Assembly: GCA_000320545.1 (NCBI GenBank)
Contig: ADNK01000556.1
Coordinates: forward strand, 1-41,789
Direction: 5' to 3'
DNA length: 41,789 nucleotides
DNA from: Bigelowiella natans CCMP2755
Lineage: Eukaryota > Protista > Cercozoa
Shown piece after piece: positions 12,506-26,684 of the stretch (its first letter is position 1; every line of letters begins with the position of its first letter). The translations under genes were made by a program, and so were the position numbers. The notes below the pieces were generated by a model that worked only from the letters and a program-made list of their open reading frames with translations, did not search any database and was not told the DNA's origin.

Positions 12506-14704
12506 TTAAAGTTGTGCAAGCTGATCTGTATCGACATACACTGGCTGCACATTTGCACATTTATTCTTATTTGTAGCCTTGCTTTTAGCTTCCAAGGCGT
12601 ACACACTTCAACGTATTCTTTTAATCAATATGTGGATGGCAGTTGCTATCTTTTCTGCACCTGTTGATGCATTTTCAACATACCACGGAGTATATTCCTT
12701 TGTCGCTGCAATGAAGTGCTCGCTGTACTGCCATTGAAACCTTGAAGATATTCCTTTATCGAGACCGGAGTTACGCCCAATTGCTTACACTGAATGCAAA
12801 ATATTTAACTCACAAGACATACAATGCATATTATTCACAGTGTATTGCGTATTGATATCAACGCTTTGCAGGAGTTGATGTAACGGTACATTTTGACAGC
12901 ATCGAACGTGCGTGTTTTTGGATGAGCATAGACGCGACTACTCGCCACAACAGTCGTCGAGGAAAGAAGGCATTGATCACAATATTTACCATGATGGTAT
13001 TGAGATAAGTAAGGAAGTCGTTTCCAAACGCGACACGAAGCTTGTGGTGAATCCGTACCTTTATGCGTGTGTGTGTGTGTGAGGTGTCTACATAGGTGCA
13101 TAATGTATATGTTATACTCTTCCGACACCTAGGTATCAACGGACAATACCGGTGCTTTCCTCATACAAACGGTGTAATTCTTGTTGAATTGTGCGCATTC
13201 GTGAGTTGATGGTGTTAAATGTTTCTCCCGTCACACCAAAACTCACCAAAACACTTTAAATAGTTTGAATACACGAAGATGATCCTTTTCCTAGTACCCA
13301 ACGGGTAGGGCAACAATCACTCGCACTCCCCTTCATCACTGCTACTAGGAAGGATTCGTTCCTGTTGTTTTCTTGCCTTCTATTCTATTTTATTTTAATT
13401 TTTCACGCTGCTGCTGCTGCTGCTGCTGGCTTGCACGTATTACGATCGTAAGCATGATCATGTTAGCCTTTGCATCTGTTGGGTCGAGATTTCCTTTGGA
13501 CAGGCCCTGGATTAACACAAGGTGGTAGGTTGGGAGGAATTATCGCCTTGTTCTTGCACCGCCATATCTCATATTCTTTCCTTCAACCACGCATACCCCC
13601 ACAACATAATGCCTCATGCACCATGCCTAAAATCTTCGTTATTTCTCTACAGGCAAAGAGAAAAGGGAGCTACATGAATAGTGGCCGCGCCAATGTCCTT
13701 AGTAAGCAGGCTCCATAGATGCATGAGAGGGGGAGAGATCTTCTGCGAAGTAGAAGGAAAGAAACAGGCGGGGGAGGGAGAAGGAGGAATTAAGCGTCAT
13801 ACCACTAATATAAAAAATCCATGTATTCTGCTTCATCAAATAGTCGTAGATAATATCGTGATCTGCCAATCAACTGATTATTCACTATTGCAAGAAAACG
13901 GAATAGACAATCAACAACGCGAGGGAAGCTGTACCTTCCCTGGCGTTTTCTTTGCATCCAGCACCAGCTTCGAACCTTCGTGCAAAAACGATAGAGGGAA
14001 GGGAATAAGGATGGAGAATGAGTGACGTGGCGCTCCCTATCGGTGCTGCTGTTATCGTAGTTTATTTGTTACCCCATTCAACAACTTGAGAGAGGATTGA
14101 AACACAGTGCTTTGCTACTGTTAAATCACGGTCACTAATCCCCTGTGAGTGAGGGGGTAGCCAATGAGACAGACGTGTAAACATCGTGGAGAAAGCAACA
14201 ACTTACCTCCAAAACCGACTTAATGATCTCCTCATAACAAGCCTACACGGGAGGGGGTTGCAAGAAATAGTAAATACATACAAACGGACTTGCAGCATGT
14301 GTATATTTGTGTGAAAATGGATGTTTGCGCTATTTTGAAGTACTACTACTTAGTACATCGAAGATGTTAGAATAAAGGTTGATGGGATTAACTACCTTGT
14401 TCCTGGGAGTGTAGAGGGAAGTTGGAAGGAAATCAGGGGTAAGCAGCACGTGCCTTATGAACCCGAAGTAAATTGACCGCATAGAATCCCTCTCCTGCAT
14501 GATTATCAAAGGAAGCTTGCGTTTATTCTTCATTCACACATACACACTTACACACACGTGCGCGTACACACTCCTGCACAACACGCATACACGCAATCGA
14601 TGGTTTATTATGAATGCATCCTAAGCTCTGCCTACCTGCAAACACGACTACTCCCCGATACACCACCACCACCACCACCACCACCACCCCCCACACTACT
14701 ACTA

Positions 14705-14742
<38 letters not shown>

Positions 14743-15794
14743 GCTCCTACTTGCGGCAGCTACCGAAGTATAGAGTATAAATCATTCATCAAACCACCTT
14801 GATTTGCGTCGAGTAGGCAGAGGTTTCCGTCTTCTCGTCGATATAGTTGAAGGAGGCTATTACCTATTGTTATTGTGAGAGACAACGTATGAGGAGGGGG
14901 GGAAGAACGCGGAATATGCAGCAGCACCAGCAGCACCAGCAGTAGCACCAGCAGAAGAGGAAAGAAGCATGCCTTACGCTCAGCTGACCTTATAAATTTG
15001 CCTGACGTATGGCTGGAATATGTGGGCGACGATAGGGATGGATTCGGTACGAGCCATTACTATGATTTGATTCACCTTTCCAATGGGGAAACCATTGCCA
15101 GGATTTGACAACAAGAAGTTGATACCAATACGAGAGTCACCATCGAAAGGCATGGAAATGACCAAAGTTTTCTCGCCGGAAGCGAGTGCTTGGTATTCTC
15201 AGTAGGATTTATTTCAGGGGTGGGGGGGGCGAAGCTACGAGAGAAAGCTCCCTCTGGGAACTATTTTCGTGCATGCACTTGCTTATCATTATCATCTCCC
15301 TACCAGCTGTGACACTTGCAATAAGCTCTCGGCCGTCACGTTGGCGACAAGCAGTTCCATAGTCTATGGTTAAACAATCAGAATACGGAGGAGGAGAAGG
15401 TGGAGGGGAGACAAATTACAGCAGCAGCAGCAGCACAAACATATAGTAGTAGTAGTAGTAGTAGTAGTAGTATCACACATCGAAGCAAGAAATCTATGTT
15501 GTAGCAGCATCCGTTATTACCAATAAATACTCTTATCAGCAACACTCCTTTTCTTCCTACAACTACTTCTCCTCCCCCCCCCCCCCCTCTTTCTCTCTCT
15601 TTCTCATACTCTTACAGCTGCTGCTACTTCAGTTTATACCTTATGGATGTGGGGGACTACTACTCCCTGGTAAAAAATAAGGGAGGGAGGGTAGGAAGAG
15701 AGAATACAAATTCTTGATTGCACAAAAGCAGCATTGTGAATGTAAACTGTCGGTGGAGCATGAGCATGTCGTCAAAGGGCACTGTCTGCTGTGT

Positions 15795-15840
<46 letters not shown>

Positions 15841-15879
15841 AATTTCTGTAGACTATCTTATCTCTATATGATCACTATC

Positions 15880-15959
<80 letters not shown>

Positions 15960-16056
15960 AATATGTCAACACCTTCAAGCACGAGAGCATGCGATGCAAG
16001 AAAAATACCTAGCAAAACCAAGAAGAACAAACATCATCTGAGAGGAGGGAGGGAGG

Positions 16057-16087
<31 letters not shown>

Positions 16088-16434
16088 AGGAGAGGGGGAA
16101 AGAAGAGAGGAAACATAGTAGAAGGGGGTGATATTGACAAAAAGTGTTCCTACAGTCGTAGATCTGAGCTCCTTGTGAGCAGGCAATAGCTCGTAAACCT
16201 TGACTATTGCCTTTATTATGATCAATCGAATATTTGGTGTCAGCACTTTCACTGTATTGTTTTTAAAAAACAAAACAAAACAGATGACTTCTGGACAACG
16301 AAGAGTCATTTGCAACAAACAAACAAACAAACAATCACCCACCTGTAAGCAGTCGCCGAGGGGCCGTTTGAACGTCATTGCATCCCGTGTTACATACTTG
16401 GTCAAGCTGCCTATCATCTGTGATTATGAGCTTC

Positions 16435-16475
<41 letters not shown>

Positions 16476-16606
16476 CGTGGATGATGCCGAATTGTTGCTT
16501 CTTACACAAACTAAGGTTTATGAATCGCTTAAGAAACTTACACGGTACAGAACCAGGGGGGGGGGGGGGGTTAGAAGGGGACACACATGTTCATCATCCC
16601 GTGCGT

Positions 16607-16645
<39 letters not shown>

Positions 16646-17647
16646 CTCGCTCTCGTCTCGTACGTTTACTATCTCTGCAAGACGGTTTCCTACAAGCTCG
16701 GCGTCTCTCGTAAATGCTAATGAATGGAAGAGGAGGAGGAGGAGGAGAGACAAAAGGCGTACGAAATTTTAAGGTATTAAATAACATACACACACACACA
16801 CACACACACATATATAGGTATACTTATGCACATATAATGTTGTGTAATGTAGGTTTACGCACAGTGTGCGTGCGTGTGCTGTACATCTTGTAGTACCAAG
16901 GACTGCTATCACTTTAGTGTTTACACCACTACAGCATTGGAACATCACCACCATCATCATCATCATCATCATCATCGTCATCATCATTCATCATGAGGGA
17001 TGGTGCAAACCATCACCTTGTCGGTTTTTGGCTAGTGTCACAAGTTGTGCACGGAATGCATCACAACATCCGGAGAATGGCTCGAGACCCTGGAAAAGAA
17101 GAAATAGGATTTTTTTGTTTTGGTAGAAGGAACGGCATGAGCGCTCCACACCCATCATTACCATCATTATCATCATCATCATCAACAACAACAACAACAG
17201 CAGCAGCAGCAGTAGCAGCAGCATCGTCATGTCAATAACTGCATTAATATGCAAATGCACCACTCCCAAATGAGATGGCGACGATGACGACAACTTGGAA
17301 GTATTCGACTTCCATGACCGCACACACCACTACTACCACCTGATTGGTAAACTTGGACGAACAAATCAGGCCCATCGTCTCGCACAAGTTCCTACGGATT
17401 TGTTATAATAACATCATCTTTTTCATCCTCAAGAGAAGAGGAATGACAAGAAAATAGTTGCGAGATCAGTAGCTTTGCCATGTTGTTTCATTGATAGCAG
17501 TACGTGTGATAAAGACAGCAGTGATGATGATGATGATGATGATGATGATGACGACCGACGAATGGATCGAACAATTCCTCTTACACATCATCATCATCAT
17601 AATCATCATCATCATCACTATTAGATAGTGCTATTCTCTCACACAAT

Positions 17648-17682
<35 letters not shown>

Positions 17683-18273
17683 TGTCATTATTACATAGTG
17701 CTATCCACGCTTAGAGGCGTTTCAGCTTGAGTGCCAGTGGCGAATCCACGCTTTAGCACCGGCGAGACCTGGGTGGAGCAAGAGGGGGGGGGGGGGGAGA
17801 AGAAGAAGAAGAGGTGAAATGGAGAGATGATGATATTGGAGATGTCTCATAACCCTATTATGCTTTTAATTTCAATTTCCTAATACATATAACGATTGCT
17901 AGTATCCTAGAGATCCTGGATCATCGATATTGTGCCGCTGATGCATTTTTTGTGTCAAGATTACATATCACGGCACACTCACAGTATATTATATTATATT
18001 ATATTATATTATATATATATATTATATCTATATATTATCATATTTATATATTATCATATTTATATATTATCATATTTATATATTATAGCGATGTTGGCAG
18101 AACATGAAGAGGCAATGGCTTCGGTACATTTTGTTGTAACGCCTTGAGAATGGCTGGAAGGAGCGGCGTAAGGGCCTGTCGTTGCGGCGCTGATGCTACG
18201 GGGAAACTTCTAAGCACTCTGAACACTGTGAAAAAAAGATAGCTCGCACGGCTTCGAACCTGATGTCAACACA

Positions 18274-18337
<64 letters not shown>

Positions 18338-18700
18338 GAGGGAGAGAGGGAGAGAGAGAAACTTACACAATCATGCACATTCTCAACGCAGCATACAGTT
18401 TGTTATCTGCAATTTATAGCAGTAGTAGCAGTAGTAAGTAGCACCTGCGGATGTGGGTGTCCAATACCCCTCTGGTCAAGAAATAACAGCATCGTCTCCT
18501 TCACGAACTCAGGCGCCTTCTCGAGGAACATCGAATACCTGGTGAGGGCATTATTTTATCATAATCATGATGATGGCGATGATGGCGATGATGGCGATGA
18601 TGACGACGACGACGACGTTACGACTGCAATTTGTGTATGTGCGTGAATGAAAATCACGACAAACAATGCTGCTGCTGCTGCTACTACTACTACTTCTACC

Positions 18701-18731
<31 letters not shown>

Positions 18732-19342
18732 CTTCTCAGGTTGATCCATTACTACCACCTTGACACTAGCTCGAAGTATGTGACAGAGAGCGTGTGCTTC
18801 GAGCGCCGCACCACACCAGAGCGAACTACGCGCTTCATTATCTGGGCAATGCGTGTGAGGTGGGGGGGAGGGCAATTGCCGTTATTGAAGCATTTCTAAA
18901 CAATCCTGGTTTTTGGATAGACTCTACAAGTAAACTGGTGTTCTTTTAAGCGAGTGAGCAGCCTGTGGTTTTTACTACCCACGATACATCTGCAGCCCCT
19001 CTCATTTCTTGCAGTTGCGTGTGTGTGTGTGTGTGTGTGTGCATATAGCATGTAATGAGTGCAAATTATCAAGATATGTCTCGCTCATGGCTTGCTTCAG
19101 AAACGAATGATAATGATGATAATGATGATGATGATGATGATGATGATGTGATGGTCGTACTTCAGCTATTATCCCTGATTTGCGCATATACATCTTGTCG
19201 GTAGCACTGAGCGGCTCGTAAAGCCGGTAAAATATTCGCAAAGCCGCCTCGTAGAGCTATGTGTGTGTGTGTGTGTGTGTGTGTTTGTGCGTCTACATAA
19301 ATATAAAATATGCTGTTAATTTTGTATATTTTCGCAAAAGCG

Positions 19343-19377
<35 letters not shown>

Positions 19378-19917
19378 CTCGGGCTGAATCTTGGACGCAT
19401 CATCAACGACCTGTCGTAGTCGATAATCATGGTGACCAAATCTATCAATGCATGCATATTGCACAATACGCATAGTAGGATGCGAGTAACATGGTAAGCA
19501 TCGAGATGGCAGAAATACGGTTACTTTTCGGAAGAAAAAGGAGGGGGAGGGGGGGGGAGAGGCTTCTTACGACTAAACTGTATGCCAAATACTGACCTGC
19601 TTTAGTTTCTTGAGGACGAAGCTAGGAGTAATCTTGAAGCAAAACAGTAACACCATCAACAACAACAACAACAACAACAACAACACTATGATTATTCTCA
19701 TCGAAGAAGAATCAGAGGTTGAACGAAAGTTTGCCTCTCGCCCTCCCACCCCCCCACCGTTTTTTAGCTATTTTGTGAGTAGTCTACGTGGGAGGTGAGA
19801 GCGACACCTTAGGAAAATGGCGGGTCATATTCACGAATAGCTTCTCCAGGTTCTGGGGTGGGGGTTGGATGGTGAAGAATATGAGGGAGACTCAAACGAG
19901 ATCATCGAAGGATTTAG

Positions 19918-19949
<32 letters not shown>

Positions 19950-21378
19950 CCATTATTATTATCATCATCGTCCTCATAATTTAATCCTTCAAATATTGCT
20001 CAACGATGAAACTATTACTACAACTACTAGGAGAGCAACAAGTGGCACTGCTACCTCTCTAAACAAGTCAAAGGAGTCTTCAAACTCCCCAATCTCCTGA
20101 GAATAATGATAATGATGATAATAATAATAACAATAATAGAGAAATACAACAAAGCATATGTGACACCACGCATAAGCCTACTACCTACCAATAGCGATAC
20201 GGTTGGATGACTCTCCGGGGATTATTATCATCATTTTCATTATCATCATCAAGATCATCATCATCATCCTCATTATTATCATCATCAGCAGCAGCACCTT
20301 AAAGTCGTATTCCTTTGGATAAGCTAGTTTGGAAGGTAGTTTTGACAATATAGCCAGCAGAATCTCCTTCTGCTCCTGTTGTCCATGTGCGAGTGAGATT
20401 GTACGATATCAACAAAGGGATGAGGCGTAATATGGAAAGAAAAAGATGATGCGTGAAAGCAGGGAAGGGGGGGGGGAGGAAGGAGAAGAGGGCAGATCTC
20501 GATAACAGAGCGTGCACTTGTACTCTCATCATCATCAGAATAGCTACTACTCTCCTGCCTCATTGAACGAGACGAAGAATGCACACACCTCTGATGGGGG
20601 CTTGCCCGACTTATTCTGAAATTGGGAAAGCGCCGAAACATACCTACATACACAGTGATTGGATCGGCATAAGACGATGGCCGTTGGGGAGGTGGTAAGT
20701 AGAAAGAGGAAATGACGACAACGACCATGCTGATAATGGCATTCGAAATTTTAAGGCATTATTATCGGCGGACATGAAGCTATCACCCGTTCAAAGCACC
20801 AAGGAGCTCATCTGCCACTTTGAAGGAAGGATGCTCGAGGTAAAGCACGACAAAGCGCATCCCTTGGTGGTTGGTTGGTTGGTTGGTTGGTTGGCGGTGG
20901 CAAGCCCGGCAAAAAGAAGCAGAATGACAACAACAATAACAACGATGACGACGACGAAGAAGACGACATAAGCGCTGTGTGAGGTGTGTGGTATGTGGCG
21001 TGTGGTGCGGGTGTATATTTTTCACAAGTGTGAGCGATATGCATCATTATCATCGTCATCATCATCATCATCGTCATCACTACCTTTCATCATAATTTGC
21101 ATTGCCGTGTTAGCCGCCCCTTTTGTGAGAGTGAAACGCTTCGAGTCCCCGGTCAATTCCGCCTGGTTGAGAAGCATCGTACCACCACAATCAACAACAA
21201 CAACAACAACAATAGCCATTATACACAGAGACATTGGTTCCCACGAATACAAAGCTGCACCAACAACAACTGCTACTACTACTATACTACTACTACTACT
21301 ACCGCTCTAGACTGAGATTCAAGTGCGCGAAACCCTCCTATGAACATAATGATGATGATGATGATAAATAGTATGTAA

Positions 21379-21410
<32 letters not shown>

Positions 21411-21684
21411 GGCCATGCTACCGCCTTCACATGTCAGAGCCTTCACTGCTACTATGTGTTATTTGAATAATAGCCCAACCACGGGTGGGTACTACTGAGA
21501 TTATGCGATAACAACACCTATGCTTTCAGTGACAACGGAGTCCACTAGCGCAGCAATGCTCTCGGAAAATCTTAGGGGAGAGAAGGTGGAAAGGGGGGGG
21601 GGAGCAAGGTTAGTACCAGTACGATTTGTATGTATGTTTGACATTGTATCTATCTATCCCTGTAGTATATGTATGTAGTGGCGC

Positions 21685-21715
<31 letters not shown>

Positions 21716-21785
21716 TACCACTAATACTATAGCAACAGCTACAAACAAAAACTATTGCTACCTACTATTGCTACTTCTACTACTG

Positions 21786-21818
<33 letters not shown>

Positions 21819-21942
21819 TTGGTCAGGCTTCTTGATTGATTGCAAAAATGGGAAGATACGCGCCTGGAGGAGGACGTATAGCAGCAGTAGCAGCAGTAGC
21901 AGCAACAAGAAAAACAAGCATTTCACGAAGAATAATCAGGTG

Positions 21943-21979
<37 letters not shown>

Positions 21980-23338
21980 ATTCACTCCTCATTCATGCTC
22001 CTCCCCTCCTCCCGCTCTCTCCACCCCCGACCTGCTGGATGAAGGCAATTTTGTCTATAACATCTGTATTTCGCCTCCTGACGAGCTCGTTGAGCACATC
22101 TACGACGTCGCTCCTTTGGGAGAGAAGAGAAGAGAAGAGAAGAGAGATGGAGGGGAGGGCACAGGGAGAATGGGGGGGGGGGGATCATATGGATAAGGCC
22201 GCGCCTGCATGATACTTTTGTTTTTTGAATACGAAATATAGAATTCAAACGACCTTAAGTTGGGATGGCGGAGAAGATCAAATAGACTCGAGAGGAATCC
22301 GGTCTTCTTCACGATACTCGAGCTAATCCACGCGCTTATTATATTATCATTAACACATAAGAATCAGTATGATGATGATGGTGATCCTTACGAAGGAAAG
22401 CATATTCTTTCCGCTCATCAATGGGCACCGTGAGAGGCAACCAACACACATATTGATCGCTGCCGACCATAGAATAATTGTATTTCGAAATCACGATGTA
22501 TCTGTGAGAAAAGAATGGCTACATCAAGGAAGGAGCAAGAGTCCTTTGCCCGCATTTCCTACACACTGTGTGATGACCACCTGAATTCCCGCAGAAGCTC
22601 CAACGCCTTCTTCGCGAGTGCTCTGTTGCTGAAATTGCAAAAGAAACATCGGCTGCATTAGCGAAAAGGGGAGAAGATTACACGCAAACGTGCTAATTTG
22701 ATATTTGCTGCAACGCTCCCATTTATTTGCCAGAGATGATGGAGAAACTTTCTTACTTGTTTGGGGGTGCGCTTGCAATTTGAAGCAGGGCACTGACAAC
22801 CTTGTTTAAATGGCACATGAAAGCAGGCATGGAGTATCATCAGCATATGACTTATAGCAATTCACAGATTATATGTTCCTGCTGCTCTAACTATCATGTG
22901 ACGGGGGTTAATTGAGAGGTTGATTTGCAATGATCACCATCCCGCACATCATTGATTTACTGACTTCGCCCTTTTTATACATCGGCGATGGACAACAATT
23001 GCAATCATTACTGTATCATCCCCTCTTGCTATTGCTACTACTACTACTACTACTACTACCGGCTCCATTGCAGTTTGCTGCATGTGGCCCTTTATCTGGT
23101 TTATATGCCTTACCTGCAATGAAGTTTGTGTGCGTGCGTGTGTGTGTGTGTATGTGCGTGGTGTGCTACTGCTATACGCGTTCTATGCCAACGCAGCTTG
23201 GATACAATGAATGGCTAAAGACTATGGAGTATTCATTCCCTTAGGTCTAAGAAAGCTTGGGGAGTTGTTTTTACCTCCTCCTTCGAACGATTCTCATCGA
23301 ATCCGACAATATCCTGTGGCAAAGAAAGAGTTTTGCTC

Positions 23339-23387
<49 letters not shown>

Positions 23388-24552
23388 AATGTGGAAGGAA
23401 GGCGGGAAGGAATAATCGTTGCTCACATTGTCTATTGCATCCAGCACTCTGAGGAAAAAGTCAACTCTATGGCCGCAAAACGGAGACGGGGGAGGGGAAG
23501 AGGATGATGAGGAGGAGGAGGCCACTCCGTCGTCGTTCCTGATAGACTTGAGAATCCCATGAAAGAAATTGGGCCAACGCACTGGGTAGTCATGCCGGAG
23601 CAGGCCTACTATCACTACTGCGATCTTATTCTTTAGGAATGGAGGATATTTTGCCGCTGTTTTCGGGCCAGAGAACTCATTGACGACCGCCATTACCAAA
23701 TTCCGGAGATTTCTATGGAGAAGACATGTATTAGCATGGATGCAGTAGCTTAGCAACAAAAACATCATCCCTACATAGGATAGATTATACCACATCAAAA
23801 TACTGCATTAGCGCCTGAATCTTAACCTACCGCTTCTCTGCATTAGTGATTGACCCGTATCGCCTGTTAATGTTGGATATGTCCATACCAGGAATAAAGG
23901 TGGTGAATATGGAGAATATTTCATGAAGATTGAAACATTGAATACTACGTACTTCCGGATTGTTTGTAGGATGGCATTGAGGCAGAATAGGATCAACTGG
24001 GCAGTATCGTGCTTATTCCCCCCCTTCAGAAAGTTTGCAAGTATCGTTGCGCAGATTTTCCACCTAAAATATTGCCGGTTGTTAAGCGCATTTTGGTGTT
24101 GTTACAGCACTCGAAGGAGGGGAAGAGTGTGGTGATGTAGAAAATGGAGTTCGAATCCACGAGTGAGGCACAATCAAGTTGCGTTGTTGCACAACTTCAA
24201 GACGACATATTCATTGTGCAAGCATTGTGTGAGCATACTAAATAAATCAAGATGATTGTGTAGCCATTTCCTTAGAAATATGCATATGTACAATGTTTCG
24301 ACAAGGGTTCGAGTGTATATTGCTCTGTTGCATTATACAGACCCCTTCTCGCTGTCCTGGACTTGTTGACAATATCGTGCTGCTTGCTCTCTAGTCCGAT
24401 CATCTTCCTGTACTGATGGGTTAGAGATCAATTCATTTAATGTGTTAGATGTGTTGGTGCTGCTTGCTGCTGCTGCTGCATGTCGTACACTACATACATT
24501 GTCCCGAGGCCACGGCCACAGCCTTTCTCAGAACACCCTCAACTTGGTTCAT
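12506..24552 (-). CDS. XPOT: Exportin-T (tRNA exportin; Los1/PAUSED/XPOT family), many short exons
   Basis: N-terminus MNQVEGVLRKAVAVASGQ|LQEDDRTREQAARYCQQVQDS; ILFCLNAIL; PPFLKNKIAVVIVGLLRHDYPVRWPNFF; VDFFLRVLDAIDN|DIVGFDENRSKEE|VRHINQIK; AWISSSIVKKTGFLSSLFDLLRHPNLR; C-terminal LDPTDAKANMIMLTI|VRIHHKLRVAFGNDFLTYL. The 3' end is tentative. Confidence 0.85.
13000..24500. repeat. Dense intronic microsatellites: (CA)n, (TA)n, (GA)n, (CAT)n, (TAC)n, (CAG)n, (CAA)n, poly-G/C
   Basis: Visible in most introns of this interval, and likewise in 1300-4800, 6600-8100 and 36500-41600. Confidence 0.95.
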
Positions 24553-25041
24553 GCACCAGCCGTCAGTGCAGTCGCGGATGGGAGCCACGTGATCAGAGGT
24601 GGTAACTCAGAAGATGCCGGGAAGAGAGTCAGAACAGTTCTGAGAGGCACCTGTTCTTTGTAGCTTTCACCACGCGACCGACCCCTCTGCCCGGGGCGAA
24701 AACTCGGGAACCTTCGCCGCGGTACACGGAATCCAGACACGGATCCCACGGGACCCAAACGGAACTCACCAGAAAAATCATCCGACAATCAGATATCCAT
24801 GTCGCACAGTCGATTTCGAATGAGAATGTGTAAACTATTATTGACTGTTCGGGAAGCATCGAGAATGCGGCTTTCTTGGAAGCTTCGTGCACATGGTTTC
24901 GGTTAGCAGATGGAATGCGGAACCCAAGAAATTCAAAAACGCATGGTATTTTTCCATTACGACATGAAGACTATCACTACTTCCTTCATTAAACCCTCTG
25001 CTGATTGGCATGGATTACCTGGATTACCATAACTCAAAACA

Positions 25042-25608
25042 ATGGAGCTCTCCCACGTAGGCAAACACTGTTCCTTGAAGGACTGCAGGCAGCTTGATTT
25101 CCTGCCCTTTCGCTGTTCTCATTGCAAACAATCCTTTTGTCTGGGTCATAGAAAACCCCAAGATCATCAGTGCAAACATTACACCCCTCCAAGGCCACCA
25201 GTGAAGGCGATTTGCAAAGACTGCAACAAGTCTATACAAGCAGACGGCGATAAAACCATTGCACAGTTGCTTGTGGATCATTATGGGAGAGGCGAATGTA
25301 AAAAATTTACGGTCACAAAACCACATAGATGCAATTTCTGTAAACCTAACGGGAAAAAATGTAAGAGAAGGGAATTCGATCCTATAGTCTGTAAACGGTG
25401 CAATATGAATTTCTGCATAAAACATCGACATGCAGAGGATCATAATTGTAAAGGACTTGAAATGAAGAAACCACAGCGTCCAGTACCAAAAAGTGACTCG
25501 ATGAAGAATCCAGAAAATTGCTCTAAGGCTGCGCGAACACGGGGTTCAGGAACCAACTTGGCCCATTCAAGGCTAGTTAAACAATTTCAATCTGTGAAGG
25601 TGAAGTAA
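25042..25608 (+). CDS. AN1-type zinc finger protein (ZFAND2/AIRAP/Cuz1-like), intronless, two AN1 fingers
   Basis: 188 aa ORF with VGKHCSLKDCRQLDFLPFRCSHCKQSFCLGHRKPQDHQC and a second finger RCNFC...CKRRE...CKRCNMNFCIKHRHAEDHNC. Confidence 0.93.
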   Translation: MELSHVGKHCSLKDCRQLDFLPFRCSHCKQSFCLGHRKPQDHQCKHYTPPRPPVKAICKDCNKSIQADGDKTIAQLLVDHYGRGECKKFTVTKPHRCNFCKPNGKKCKRREFDPIVCKRCNMNFCIKHRHAEDHNCKGLEMKKPQRPVPKSDSMKNPENCSKAARTRGSGTNLAHSRLVKQFQSVKVK

Positions 25609-25967
25609 AATTTTCATCGAACCAGAACATCAAGTGTTTCAAATATATCACACAGATGAACCAAAGTATCTGTTAAGATCGAAGGATAAGATGTTCAGAA
25701 AATCGATAAGCTGGTCGTACATCGTTCCTGCGTACATAGCTAGAGCTAGAGAGCAGCGGAATTACCGTCGTTGCTGAACAAAACCACAACGTTCTGATTA
25801 CCCCAGGCTGTCGCTCCCCATCAAGAAATAAAATGATTATAGCACAATTACGTGTTGTATCCCATGTAAATAAATTGTACAGTGAAAATATCTTCGCATT
25901 CGATTATCGATGATTGTATGCATTGCATAGCTATCCGTATTGCCTCGATCGGGCAGCGTGCGCTTGC

Positions 25968-26033
25968 ATGTAAGACGGATGTAACATATCAAATTAAATT
26001 TGTTCAATGGTCATCCTCATGTAACTGTGCAAT
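25968..26033 (+). repeat. ~60 bp dispersed repeat, copy 2
   Basis: Shares agacggatgt, aattaaattt and tcaatggtcatcct with 12027-12089. Confidence 0.8.
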
Positions 26034-26684
26034 GCAGTAGCTAGCATGCATGGCACACACCAGCATTGCACGTGTCTATGTTGCACACTGAATCAGTTAA
26101 AGTTGGTTTGCTGAGCAAATCTAGAAATGCATTCCACAGTGTGCAGAACACTGCTCGACTGCAACACCCTGCTAGCCTGTCGTGACGGGCGATTTGCGGC
26201 AAGTGAACATTGCGAACTTGTTGCTCATGATCGAGCAGTCATGGCGTAGCTATGCGGCCGCACTAGCTAGCTAGGCAGGTAGCGCATGCACGCTTTCATT
26301 CGCATCATGCCATGACTGATGTGGCGCTCAGTTTGCACGCCACAGCTGGACAGGCAGAGCAATGTCCACCAGTCCATTGTGTGCGCGACTCACGACACGC
26401 AGCGTCCTGATTATCCTGAGACGTCTCACGGCGACGACACACTGTCCATGGCCTTTGATGGCTGTGCAGCGTACGCACGTACGAACATGTGTAGTTTAGT
26501 ACACATGTTCTTTGCAGCACATGCTCCATTTGTGTGCATTTTTACCTGCACATGTCCCAAAGGGAACATGTGTGCTTTTGACTCGGTGCGCTCTGTGGCC
26601 TTTGATGGCTATGTGACTGCGTCGCATGTGCGCGTGGAAAGCTCCCGCGTTCTTGGAAAGTTCTTGCGTCCTTCCTCGGACTAG

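Noticed and set aside
14500-22300. Homopolymer-rich ORFs (poly-T, L, H, ER, CV)
   Set aside because: These are translations of intronic microsatellites inside exportin-T.
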